This document shows, in pieces, positions 1 to 10,616 of a DNA stretch of 64,000 nucleotides. Positions within the stretch are counted from its first letter, which is position 1; each line of letters begins with the position of its first letter. The translations under genes were made by a program, and so were the position numbers. The stretch is from assembly GCA_002269645.1 (NCBI GenBank), contig NIVC01003046.1, forward strand, positions 59,428 through 123,427. The letters run 5' to 3'. The notes under the pieces are model-generated. The model did not search any database. It was not told the DNA's origin and was given only the letters and a program-made list of their open reading frames with translations. The DNA comes from Macrostomum lignano (Eukaryota).

Positions 1-735
1 TGTCATTTCAAAATCTAATGTTGTCACATACCATGTCTTATAAACTAGTAAATCAAGATGCTGTCATATTCAAATGTGGGACTATGTTTATTTGCCTTTA
101 TTGTTTACATGTTTAGCCCAAATTAAAAACTAACTAAGAAGCTTAGTGGATGGGCTATATTTAGGCCCTAGTTTAGTTTTTGGGTAGGGGCAAATTTCAC
201 ATCCAAAGTGCCCACTGCCCCCCACACCCCTGGCTTCCATAAGGCCAGTGGGGGCCCTCATTGGGGTACTAATCATTTTGGCAAAAGTCATTTTGGCAAG
301 GCCATTTGCTAAAACATATTTAAAAAGTCATTTTGGCAAAAAGCTTACTAGGCTTAATATACGCAATTATACAAAATGGTGTAAGTAAAGTTTGTTATGA
401 AACAAACATTTTCCTAATAATCGACAGATAAAATTCAAATGTTGTTAATTTGGCTTAGGGGCCTACTTTGTGTAGTTTTGAGTTTTATTGATGTATTGTA
501 CTATTGTATGACTTAAACTTTTAGCTTAGATAGTTCGGCTTACTTTGTATAGGCCTACTTTTAACTTTGTACTTTAACAGTTTTATACTTTGTATGTTGT
601 ACTTACCAAGACAAAGACAAGTTACTACAACTTACTTGAAATGTATGTCTAATATCTAATGGGGGGCTTGCTGCCCTCTACACCCTTGGCTTTTGTGTAG
701 GGGTAGGGCTAGTGGGGGCTCGCCACCCCCTATAC

Positions 736-1132
736 TAGAGGTAGGACGGGATCCCGATCCCGATCCCGAAATCTCGGGATCCCGAGGAAAATTGAATTCC
801 CGCGGGACCAGAATCCCAACCCTAAAAAACTCGAGATTTGGGAACAGGTCTTTCAATTAATAATTTATAGAATTAGTGATTACTTGAAGGTATTTTGCTT
901 TAACTTGTACTCGTTACATTATTTACTTTGTTGGTTACAAAACTTCATATCAATTTCATTGTGTTTTACTTCTTGATCTTGACAATCTTTCTCAATTTTG
1001 TTTAACTTTACATGGACAATACACTAAAAGACCTGATCCCGATTCCCAAATCCCGATCCCGATCCCGATCCCGAGAAAAAATTATTCCCGATCCCGATCC
1101 CGCCTAAAGATTTCAATCCCGTTCGACCTCTA
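736..1132. mobile_element. hAT-type MITE (about 400 bp) with internal (GATCCC)n repeats
   Basis: Imperfect TIRs: TAGAGGTAGGACGGGAT at 736 versus the reverse complement TAGAGGTCGAACGGGAT ending 1132. Perfect 8-bp TSD CCCTATAC at 728-735 and 1133-1140; 8-bp TSDs are typical of hAT. Confidence 0.8.
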
Positions 1133-1141
1133 CCCTATACC

Positions 1142-1798
1142 TAGTGATGGTACAAAATTAGTTTCGATTATTTTGATTTTGAATTTCGACACCATTCATC
1201 GAAAATCATTTTAAAATTTTGGTTATATTTTAACAATTTAGACATTGATGATCATGCTACATGAGAAAGAAAATCTGTAGTAGTGAAAGGAAGTGCGGTT
1301 TAAAGACTCAGTGGGGAGGTAAGAATCCCTTTTTCTACAAGAAAGATAGTGCGGGGCACACACTGTTCCAGGCCTTGTGCTGCAAACCACCTCAACCTCC
1401 ACAAGCCCACTGGCTAAACTTATTGGCGTGGATTTTAATTGGCTAAAGACTTAAAGCCTTAATGATATGGATATAGGCTACTCGTATCTAGATCTTCAGC
1501 TTAAACAGCGGTGAAGTATAATACAACTTCTACTATATTTTTATGTACAAGTGTATAATACATAATACACCAGCATTTTCTATTTAGTATTTTTAAAGTA
1601 AGTTAAATCTTAAGTATTCTGGTTTAAACATATCAAAGATACTGTTTATAAAACATGTAAGCTCATACATACAGAGGCAAGGGCAAAATTTTTTAAGCTT
1701 AAAAATTTCGATTTTGATTTCAATTTCAATTTTGATTATAAGGAACCAAAAATTTCGATTTTGATTTCAATTTGAAAAATAATTTCGATCCATCACTA
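1142..1798. mobile_element. Second hAT-type MITE (about 660 bp), adjacent to the first
   Basis: TIR TAGTGATGG at 1142 and CCATCACTA ending 1798, with subterminal TTTCGATTTTGATTT repeats. 8-bp flanks CCTATACC (1134-1141) and CCCATACC (1799-1806) differ by one base. Confidence 0.7.
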
Positions 1799-2231
1799 CC
1801 CATACCCTTGGCTTCCATAAAGCTAGCCTCCCACTCCACCTTACCCACACCCCTGCCTTGCCTCGACTTTGCTCACCTGTACACAGATCTTTTTTGTATG
1901 CTAAGGGCAAGGCGATGACAACCAGACACAAATTTCGGCAAACCTACACTTCCGTTCGGTAAATTATTTTAACATTTGAATTTGTACCACCAAGTCAAAT
2001 GACGTCAATTGGCAATGTGTCTATGGCCAAAAGTTTGAGCGAACAGAGTTTAAGGGGGTGTCAGTTTAAGGGAGCTGTTGCTTGTGAGCTGCTTGTTTTT
2101 TGAGCTTCAATTTCTCATTTCCCATCGGCTGCACTTTGTAGATCCAGCAGACCCAACAGTCCACACCAACACCGTGGAGGGCACATAGGCCCACACAAAG
2201 TGCAAGATCTGCAACATGCATAGCACGAGCG

Positions 2232-4469
2232 ATGCTCTCTTCGATGCACACATTGAGGAATTCCTCTGGCGTTGTCTATATCCCCAATGTCCATTTGGGG
2301 CTATCCTGTACTGGATTGGACATTACTATCCATTATGTAATCTGCGACATCAAGCTGAAGGACCCGCTCTACCGGCCGCCCAAGCGGAAGCCGAAGCACT
2401 TCTTCCGGGCTCTGCGTGACGATGCGACCCAGGTTCGTTTTGCCCGCGCGTTTGTGGATGCCCTCGACGGCAAGAAGGAAGCCGACTACCCCGAGATCTG
2501 CACGGCCGTCCAATCTGCTGCGGAGTGGACCCTACCATTGGTGAAGCCCCTGCAGAAAGGTCGGCTGGTCTGGGAGGTGGACCCGGAAGTGCAAAGTGCG
2601 AGGCTGAGGCTTGAGCAGCTGCGACGGGCGGGCAGGACTGCGGAGGTGGACGAAGCCGAGGCGGCCCTCGCAGCCGCCTATGAGCAAGGACAACAGGCCG
2701 CCGTAGAAGAGACCATCAGGACGGTGACAACGGCAGGGCACGACGGCAAGCGCCGCGCCGTGTGGAGCGCTGTGAACGCGCTGACCGGGAGGAAGAGCCG
2801 CACAAGCCTCAACCTCCCCGGCGACACGGCGGAGGCCCGCCGGAACGAGCTGCGGGACTTTTTCAGCGCCATCGTGAACGCGCCGCCGCCGGTGCTGCAG
2901 GCGGAGATGCCGCTGCCGCCGGAAGTGGCCCTGCCCAAGGAGGAGGATTTCGACGTCAGCCCCATTACTCTGGACGAGGTGGTGTTGCAGGCGAAGAAGT
3001 CCCCTGGTGGAAGAGCGGCCGGCCCGGATGAGATCCCTGTCGAGGCGCTGCGAGTCCTGCCGGTGGCCCGTGCGGTCGCCGGTGTGATGAACCGCGTACT
3101 TGACGGGGGTGCAGCCCCAACTGAGTGGACGACGGCCCACATGATTCCCATCCCAAAGAAGCCCGGCACAACTCGGAAAGAAGAACATAGGGGCATCTCG
3201 CTGATGTCTTGCGCCGCGAAGCTCTTCAACAAGATCCTGCTGACGCGGCTGCAACCGGTGCTGGACCCGTTTCTGCGGCACGAGCAGAACGGCTTCCGGC
3301 CACACCGGGGCACAGCGACCCAGATCCTTGCCCTCAGGAGGACAATCGAGGAGGCGCGCACCCGCCAGGCGACGCTGATCTGTGTCTTCGTTGACTTCAG
3401 AAAGGCGTTCGACTCGGTGGCGCGCGGCGCCCTTGTGCCGGTGCTCCGGGCTTACCACGTGCCCCAGCGCCTGGTCAGCGCAGTCATGGCGCTCTACCAG
3501 GACACTCAAGCCGCCGTGGTGACGCCCGACGGGCTGTCGGACCCATTCAGTACAACATCTGGAGTGCTGCAGGGTGACACGCTAGCGCCCTTCTTGTTCG
3601 TGCTGGTCCTCGACTGGGTGCTGCGGACTGCGCTTCCATCCGACGCCGACGGCTTCATGCTGTGCAGGCGCACGAGCAGCCGCCATCCAGAGAAGAGACT
3701 GTCGCTGCTGGGCTATGCCGACGACCTGGCGCTGCTGGCCTCCACGGCGGATGGAGCCCAGCGGATGCTGGACAGCCTGGTGGCGATAGCGGCTATGGTC
3801 GGCCTGGTTGTTAACACCGACAAGACGGAGGTCCTGACGGTGCCAGCGGAGCTGCCTGCCAATATCACCTGCCGCGGCGCAGACGGTCACGCGGCCCCTC
3901 TACCCCGCTGCACGCGCTTCACGTACCTCGGCGGTCTGGTGCCCAGCGTTCAGGAGGACCTGGCGCGACGCAGAGGCCTGGCTTGGGCGGCCTTCCGCTC
4001 AGTCCGGGTTGTTCTGCAGAGCGCCGCGCTGCCAGATTGCCTGAGGTCTCGGCTGTTTCAGGCGGTGGTCGAGACCGTCCTGACTTACAACGCCGAGACG
4101 TGGACGCTGACCGAGACGCTGGAGAAGTGGCTGGACGCGGCCCACTCCAGCCTGCTGCGCGCAGCCTTCGGCATCTCCTACCCTGAGGTGGTCTCGAACG
4201 CGGCCCTCTACCGACGAGCCGGCCTGCGACCACCTAGCGAGACCATCCGGCGGCGGCGGCTGCAGCTGGCGGGCCACGTGATCCGCGCCGAAACCTACTG
4301 CCCTGAACCGGTGCAGGACGTCCTGCTGCTCACGCTGCGGGGCCCCTGGCGCCGAGGGCAGGCCAGGACGCGCCGGTACGTGGACTGCCTGCTGGCTGAC
4401 GCCAGTGTCATCGGCCAGACCAACGCTGCGGCTGCCTTCAGGGAGCAAGCCAGAAGGAGAGTGCTCTGA
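2232..4469 (+). CDS. Reverse transcriptase ORF (745 aa) of the RTE element; first 35 codons come from flanking DNA
   Basis: Uninterrupted ORF with a complete RT domain. ATG 2232 lies upstream of the 5' TSD, so the ORF is chimeric. Confidence 0.85.
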   Translation: MLSSMHTLRNSSGVVYIPNVHLGLSCTGLDITIHYVICDIKLKDPLYRPPKRKPKHFFRALRDDATQVRFARAFVDALDGKKEADYPEICTAVQSAAEWTLPLVKPLQKGRLVWEVDPEVQSARLRLEQLRRAGRTAEVDEAEAALAAAYEQGQQAAVEETIRTVTTAGHDGKRRAVWSAVNALTGRKSRTSLNLPGDTAEARRNELRDFFSAIVNAPPPVLQAEMPLPPEVALPKEEDFDVSPITLDEVVLQAKKSPGGRAAGPDEIPVEALRVLPVARAVAGVMNRVLDGGAAPTEWTTAHMIPIPKKPGTTRKEEHRGISLMSCAAKLFNKILLTRLQPVLDPFLRHEQNGFRPHRGTATQILALRRTIEEARTRQATLICVFVDFRKAFDSVARGALVPVLRAYHVPQRLVSAVMALYQDTQAAVVTPDGLSDPFSTTSGVLQGDTLAPFLFVLVLDWVLRTALPSDADGFMLCRRTSSRHPEKRLSLLGYADDLALLASTADGAQRMLDSLVAIAAMVGLVVNTDKTEVLTVPAELPANITCRGADGHAAPLPRCTRFTYLGGLVPSVQEDLARRRGLAWAAFRSVRVVLQSAALPDCLRSRLFQAVVETVLTYNAETWTLTETLEKWLDAAHSSLLRAAFGISYPEVVSNAALYRRAGLRPPSETIRRRRLQLAGHVIRAETYCPEPVQDVLLLTLRGPWRRGQARTRRYVDCLLADASVIGQTNAAAAFREQARRRVL

Positions 4470-4592
4470 CACTGCCGCCACGCTCTCACATTTCCGTTTC
4501 TTTTCCCCCTTTTTTCTGCTCTTCCGTCCCGTGCTGCCCCCTTTTCCTTTTGCTTTCTTTTGCGGCGGTGTACATGTATGTATGTATGTATG
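2337..4592 (+). mobile_element. 5'-truncated RTE-clade non-LTR retrotransposon (LINE)
   Basis: RT motifs QNGFRPHRGT, FVDFRKAFDSV, GVLQGDTLAPFLF and YADD, plus the RTE-type C-terminal RRRRLQLAGHVIR. Pyrimidine-rich 3' UTR ends in an (ATGT)n tail at about 4573-4592. 10-bp TSD TATCCATTAT at 2327-2336 and 4593-4602. The AP-endonuclease domain is lost except for its last few residues. Confidence 0.93.
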
Positions 4593-6066
4593 TATCCATT
4601 ATAGACACCTTAATGACCTGCAGACACACTCTAAGTGACTATGCGCTCTAACAGACTGCTACCATGTTCCACTGTTTCAGTTTTGTTTGGTTACATTGTT
4701 ATTTAACACGCCTGTTTAAAATTCAGTGTCAAAATAATTTACCGAACGGAAGTGTAGGATTGTCCAAATTTCTTGCCTATATCACTATATGTATCAAAAA
4801 AATCTTTTTCCAGTAGCTATAATTGCTGCCCTCCTAGAGATTCAGTGTTAACTACTCATTTCTCTTATAAAAATACAAAAAAATTCTGTTTGGATAAGAA
4901 AATTAAATAAAAAAAATAAAACTAAAAAGTCCATCCAATTAGGACTCAAACCTCTGTACACGCAATTACAAGGTGTGTGTATTAAAGGATTTTAAAGATA
5001 GAAATTTTAAAGAAGTAACTGGTGATCGATTCAGACAAAGAAACAGTTATAAGAAGCCAAAAAACAAAGACGCTGTGCATTTAAGCACCGTCTGTCGAGT
5101 CAACATTTCAATTCATGCATGAAATTAAATTTAAGAAAATCGGAGAATTTAGGACTTTGAATAACATATTTAAAATATAACAGTAAAGCAAAATAAACAA
5201 ACAACATTATTTGTTTAGGCATTTTAACTTTCTCACAAATAAATTTTACTTTGTAAACATATTTTTGCAGCATAATGCTTTTTAAAGCTAATTTTTAATT
5301 TGCCTTTACATTGGCGTCTATTAAAGTTCAACTGAAGTAATATGCTTGATTTTCGAGGGTGATTTTGAGCTTGATTGATTTTGATAAGAAAAAGTAGTTT
5401 CTATAGCAGAATTTACTTGTGACTCATTATTTTTAATATATTGAAAATATTATACATGAATTCTTTTTAGGCAGTAATTAGATTAGAAATTTTACGTTAA
5501 AAGTAATGACTTTTCTGGAAAAAAAATTCGAGCTAATGATGTGTGACTGGTAACAAAACATTTTATTTGGATGAATTCCTTGGTTGATATAAAAGATTCC
5601 AGAAAAATTGTCTATTCGTTTTCTATTAAGCACTGATCGATATATAATTTTAAGCATACATATATTTCACTTTTTGTTTTGGTGGGAGAAAAGATCCCCA
5701 CCAAAAGAGATTGAGAAAATGTAGCATTTTTAGCTTGTACACATTTCTCTTATGCATACTAAGACATCTTAATGTTATTTTTGCGGTGTAAATTTTTCTC
5801 ATATTTCCTCCGCCATCATATTGACAGTTCTAGTAGATTTAGATAAATTTCAAGTTATCATGGTGTAAATTTTTAATGGGTTCAGAGTTTATATGTTGAT
5901 TTTTGTAGTGAAGTAACAATTGCTTTGTATTATTCTATTTTAACAGCTTGTCAATTATACACTCTTGTTTAATTTATAGTAAAATATTAAGTTAAAAGGC
6001 AACGAAGCATGTACTTGTTTTAATAAAATGAAAAATCTATACCTGCCTTACTGCTTGGCTGGCAGC

Positions 6067-7932
6067 ATGTCTAAAGAGATTGTTCGAGCTGTATCCAGGC
6101 AGCTGGACCACTATCTACGAGTGCAGAGACTGGAGGATTCATTTGATCTGTCAGGCGCTGGCCAGCCAATTGTCAATCATCCGAAGCTGCGCGAGCTGAC
6201 GTTAATCAACACCCTGTCGCGGCATGACAGACCCTTGAAGCACGAATTCAGCAGCAGCCAGATGCGAGTTAAGCTGCGACACATGCATCCGCGCGAGGAT
6301 CAGGAGGGCGGCAGAGCCGGCAGCAGCGGGCGCCGCCGGCCTACAAAACTGGAACGGTCTTACACACGCCAGCTAGAGAGCTACCTGAGCCCGCCTCGGC
6401 CGCGGCCTCGTTCTGCGGCGGCCTCGTTTGCAGCCGGCGGCCACGGCGGCGGCAGCGGAGGTCTCGGATGTCCACCAGTGCCGCTGCGCTCGGCGCCGCC
6501 GATTCCGTGCAGCCGTCGGGAGCGACGCCAGCTGGTGCGTCGCAGCGGAAAAATTCTCGGCTATTTGGCCTCGCCGCATCGCGACAAAAACGGCGGCGGT
6601 GCCAGTGCCGGAGCAGATCGAGCCGAAGACGCTCGCCCGTTGAACGAGATGATCGAGGAACGAGTTCAACGCGAAGTCCGGCGCGGCAGGCGCAGCAGGC
6701 GCCACCGACGCGCGAGCAGCGCTGACGGGCATGATTCGTCTCTGCCTCCGTCCCAAAAGCTGGGGTCGCCAGAGCCGCCGCAAGAAGCCAGGGCCAGCAA
6801 AAGGGAGGCCAAGCGGAGTCCCCGCTCGGAACCGCAGGTTGTTTACCCGCTGCGCACCTACTCGGTGACGTCCTGCCAGGGCACGCAGACCAGCAGCGAA
6901 TATGACCAGTCGGCTGGCCCGGCTCCCGGGCCCCGGTGCCACGCCTACATTCTGTATGTGACCACCGGCGACCGGATCGGGGCGGGCACCAACGCGGCCG
7001 TCTCCGCGGTGCTGTACGGCGAGCTCGGCAGCTCCGGCCTGAGGCCGATCCCGCTGGCCAACAGTCTGACGCACAAGCGGCCGTTCAGGCGCGGTCGAAC
7101 GGACAAATTCGTGTTGGAAAATCTGCCCGACCTGGGCGGCCTGCGGCGTCTGCGTGTCGGGCACGCATCCGACGCTTTAAATCACTGGTACCTGCACTCG
7201 GCGACGGTCGTCTGCCCTAGCGGCAACCGATGGTTCTTTCCCTGCAGGCAGTGGCTCAGCGACAAGTCGCCTGATGGCCTGTCGACGAGGACTCTCAACG
7301 TTGAGCTGGTGGGCAGCGGCGTCGGCGGAGGCAACAGCGGCGAGGCTGATGTGGAGGCGCCCTCCCCAGCGGATCTGCTTCCAGCTCCGGGAGATGATGA
7401 CAGACGCAGCAACGGTGGCAACCACGACAACGAAGACGACAGCAATGATGCTGAAGATGGAGACAAGTTCAGCAGCGACAGCGACATCGATGACGGCGAC
7501 GGCTTAGCTCAGGTGTCGTTCCGGCATCCGAACCCCGGCGGATCGATTCCGACGAGCAGCGACAGCTCCGACAATGAAGACAATAACGAGCGGCGTCGGC
7601 GGCGGCGTCGTCAGCGCGGCCAGGCTTCGTCGGAGGCGACGCCAACTGCGGCGACCAAATCGTCAGCGTCTAGCGGCCGACGACCACCGGCATCGATGGA
7701 GTCATCGTCCTCGGTGGCGTCGACGGCCACGAAGTCATCTAAATCGTCAGTGGCACAGCCAGCCGCCGTCAAGCACAGCAGATGGCGGGGCGGCGTCGGT
7801 GGCGGCGGCTTTGTTGGTAGCGACGGCGACTCGGACAACAGCGGCGACAGCGACACGCTGGAAGAGTCGTCGGCTTCGAGCACCGGCCGAATATCGCCAG
7901 ACGCCAGTCACCTGCTACTGGATGGTCGCTGA
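6067..7932 (+). CDS. PLAT/LH2-domain protein (about 620 aa), apparently a single coding exon, with disordered acidic/Ser-rich flanks
   Basis: PLAT signature at about 6940-7305: YILYVTTGDRIGAGTNAAV...LYGELG...FRRGRTDKF...LGGLRRLRVGH...WYLHSATV...WFFPCRQWL. Start set at ATG 6067 (CAG|C-ATG) because the paralog at 9213 begins at the equivalent Met. Confidence 0.85.
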   Translation: MSKEIVRAVSRQLDHYLRVQRLEDSFDLSGAGQPIVNHPKLRELTLINTLSRHDRPLKHEFSSSQMRVKLRHMHPREDQEGGRAGSSGRRRPTKLERSYTRQLESYLSPPRPRPRSAAASFAAGGHGGGSGGLGCPPVPLRSAPPIPCSRRERRQLVRRSGKILGYLASPHRDKNGGGASAGADRAEDARPLNEMIEERVQREVRRGRRSRRHRRASSADGHDSSLPPSQKLGSPEPPQEARASKREAKRSPRSEPQVVYPLRTYSVTSCQGTQTSSEYDQSAGPAPGPRCHAYILYVTTGDRIGAGTNAAVSAVLYGELGSSGLRPIPLANSLTHKRPFRRGRTDKFVLENLPDLGGLRRLRVGHASDALNHWYLHSATVVCPSGNRWFFPCRQWLSDKSPDGLSTRTLNVELVGSGVGGGNSGEADVEAPSPADLLPAPGDDDRRSNGGNHDNEDDSNDAEDGDKFSSDSDIDDGDGLAQVSFRHPNPGGSIPTSSDSSDNEDNNERRRRRRRQRGQASSEATPTAATKSSASSGRRPPASMESSSSVASTATKSSKSSVAQPAAVKHSRWRGGVGGGGFVGSDGDSDNSGDSDTLEESSASSTGRISPDASHLLLDGR

Positions 7933-8209
7933 ATTATTTTTTGTTATAATGAGTTGATTTCTTCGTAAATTTTCCTGCTGACGGATTTTGTAACTTTTCC
8001 AGCTCTTTTTAGCATGCTTATTTCCTTTGCTTTTGATGAACAAATTTATAGAGCTGAATCAGATTTTGACAACGCCTCTTTAGATAAGGTTTTGAACTGT
8101 CTATAGATCAAGGTTCTTATTATTGATTCTATTAGTCAAGTTGATGGTTAAGCTGATCGAGTGGAGAGTCCCCAATCTCTGAGACAGCAGCCACTTGCCA
8201 CAGAACTGC

Positions 8210-8294
8210 ACTCGGCCATAGACAATACTCGGCCATAGACAATATTCGGCCGTAGACAATACTCGGCCATAGACAATACTCGGTCATAGACAAT
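8210..8294. repeat. 17-bp tandem repeat, 5 copies (ACTCGGCCATAGACAAT)
   Basis: Read directly from the sequence. Confidence 0.85.
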
Positions 8295-9212
8295 AAAACA
8301 ACTCTGCCATGTACGAGCTACAAATGGTTATTTTAAACGTTGCTATGGTCTGTTGATTTTCTTTGATACAATTTATTTAGTTTTTTTAGATTCAACTCTG
8401 GTATTTTTTAAGATTACACTTCGCCGCCTCACTTGATTACCGCTTTGCTAGATATTTTAGCCAGAAATTTGAATGCAATGAATATTTGGTCTCGACAGAC
8501 GCTCAATATTCTCAAGCCGGAACTGATGTAAAATGCAGGCATTCTTTAGTTTGCTTTTGTAAAAATTCACGAAAACCAAAGAGCTTGTCAAAGTGCTTTT
8601 TCTTCCTAAAAATGTTTGTATCAATAAAAAATCACGATTAATTTAGTGAAGTTTTTAAAAATTACCGTGACGTTTTTCTCGAACCCTCAACTCTAAGCAT
8701 AGTTTTAGATTATAATTTTCCTTTGTTTTCCACTGATTTTTGTCTAAATATTTTTGCGACTAGAATAAGTAATGAAGTATTTGGTATTTTATAATAACAG
8801 TTATTGGCAAACCATGGCGCGTCTTCACAGAGTTTTTGTTTTTTTTGTATTTTTGTTCCAACAGATTTTCAATTTTATTGCACTGCTGACCGAATCTGCT
8901 CACTGCCAAGGCTTTTATTACTTGTTGATGCTGCTGATATATTATTTTTGTTTTACATACCCACCTAGCAACTGTTTTTTACTCTTGAGTTGCTTGCAAA
9001 GATTAATAGATAAAAATTTATCTATAAATACATATGAATAGACATAGATGTTCACCCAAGTAGGCCTAGCTAATGCCTTCGCGTATAATTATTTATTTAA
9101 ACAAAAAAGATGCTCATTCGTTTCAATTGAGGCCTACTGATGTTTAATCGCTCCTTAATTTTTATCACTTCCAGTCGGCGGCTGCTGGCTTCAAAGACAC
9201 GCAAAGTACACA

Positions 9213-9884
9213 ATGTCCGACGAAATGGTTCGAGCGGTGGCTCGATCTCTCGATCTCTATCTGAGAGTCAGGCGACTGGAAGAGGGCTTCGACCTCTCCA
9301 GCGTCGGCGCTGTAGGCGTCACCGGCGGCGGCGGCGGCGGCTACGGGTCCGTCATCAGCTCCCGGCGCCTGCACGACAAGCCGGTGAAGATGCAGTTCCG
9401 CAATCCGCTGACCAGGTGCCAAGTCGAAAGCATGTCGGGCGCTCTGTCCGGCCAGCCGGCGAATGATTCGACGGAAAAATCGAAAACTTCATCGTCGAGC
9501 AGGTCGCGTTCAGCCGTTCGACTGCGCCATCGACTGGACATCGTCGAGGCGACAACGGCGCTGACAACGCCGAGACGAACGCGCGGTCGGGTGCATCATC
9601 GCCAACGACAGCGAATGTCGACACGCGGCGGCGATGACAGCGACGACGAGAATCAGCGAAACCGTCTGATTGACAACGCGAGCGCCATTCTGGACCTGCT
9701 GGCGCCGCCGGCCAGGCCGGGTGCTGAGCATCGCGCTGAGCATCGCGGCCGTCGAGTTGATCGCGACGCTGAAACAAGAGAAGAAAATTCAGAGCAAGAA
9801 GAAAATGACAAAGAAGGACAAAAGTTGTTGAACAGCAGACGGCGCCTGTCAATTGAACTGCCCACGGGCTCTTATGGCAACTGA
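9213..9884 (+). CDS. Tandem paralog of the PLAT gene N-terminus (223 aa), no PLAT domain
   Basis: MSDEMVRAVARSLDLYLRVRRLEEGFDLS aligns with MSKEIVRAVSRQLDHYLRVQRLEDSFDLS. A second shared motif is RLIDNASAILDLLAPP versus QLVRRSGKILGYLASP. GC-rich coding-like composition. Confidence 0.75.
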   Translation: MSDEMVRAVARSLDLYLRVRRLEEGFDLSSVGAVGVTGGGGGGYGSVISSRRLHDKPVKMQFRNPLTRCQVESMSGALSGQPANDSTEKSKTSSSSRSRSAVRLRHRLDIVEATTALTTPRRTRGRVHHRQRQRMSTRGGDDSDDENQRNRLIDNASAILDLLAPPARPGAEHRAEHRGRRVDRDAETREENSEQEENDKEGQKLLNSRRRLSIELPTGSYGN

Positions 9885-10616
9885 GTTGCACTTAAATTGA
9901 ATTTCTATCAGTTTTTTAGACTTTTACTGGATTAAGCCGGCGAGGGATCGAAGAATATTGGTTTGTACTTTGATACTCTTTTCCTTGAACTGTTTGCTCC
10001 GATAACAAACGCTTGGTCCACCTAGAATTTCACGAGAGAAGAAAGACTTTGCATGAAATTTTCTGAGCAAGCAATCAAGTAAAATTGTTGGAGCGCGTCC
10101 TTGCCTTAACGAATTAATGATTGATTCAATCAGTCCAGAATTGGCTTTTAATTTCCCGGAAAATCAATTTCAATTTTTTGTTCGTTTTGTTTATTTACCA
10201 GTTCTTAACGTTTTTTCACAGTCGTAATTTTTATAATAAAAACATCACTTTTTTTAGTTTTTCTTAACTCACTATATGATATATTCACTGTGTGCAATAG
10301 TTATAATCACAGTTTTATTCACAGCTTCTGTTGCCTTTTGTATTTTTTGGTTGTGTTTCCTTTCAAATAGTTTTTCGTTTCTGCCCTTTATCTTGTTTGA
10401 CAATCTTTTATGGTTTGACGTAAATAAAACTGCTCTGAGTTTGTAAGGCCTTTAATTTTTTGTTTAAAAAAACTTTATTTAAACAAATATTTTCTGGAAA
10501 GTTTCGCTTCTCCTTTGTTAATTTAAAATATTTCTAGGCAGAAATTTTGCACTGAGTTTTAACAAATTAGAAAGCATGAAATTTTATTCCCAAATTTCCC
10601 AACAAATTCAGAATCA

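Larger units (their letters stand above)
1930..4771. mobile_element. Inverted-repeat-bounded non-autonomous element (about 590 bp before interruption) split by the RTE insertion
   Basis: 28-bp perfect inverted repeat CCTACACTTCCGTTCGGTAAATTATTTT at 1943-1970 and its reverse complement at 4731-4758, with imperfect extension to about 50 bp. No TSD identified. Confidence 0.5.

Noticed and set aside
2301-4489. Minus-strand and alternative-frame ORFs over the RT gene
   Set aside because: They are shadows of GC-rich coding sequence with no motifs.
4925-4965. Pol III B-box-like GGTTTGAGTCC on the minus strand (tRNA or SINE)
   Set aside because: No convincing A box or cloverleaf.
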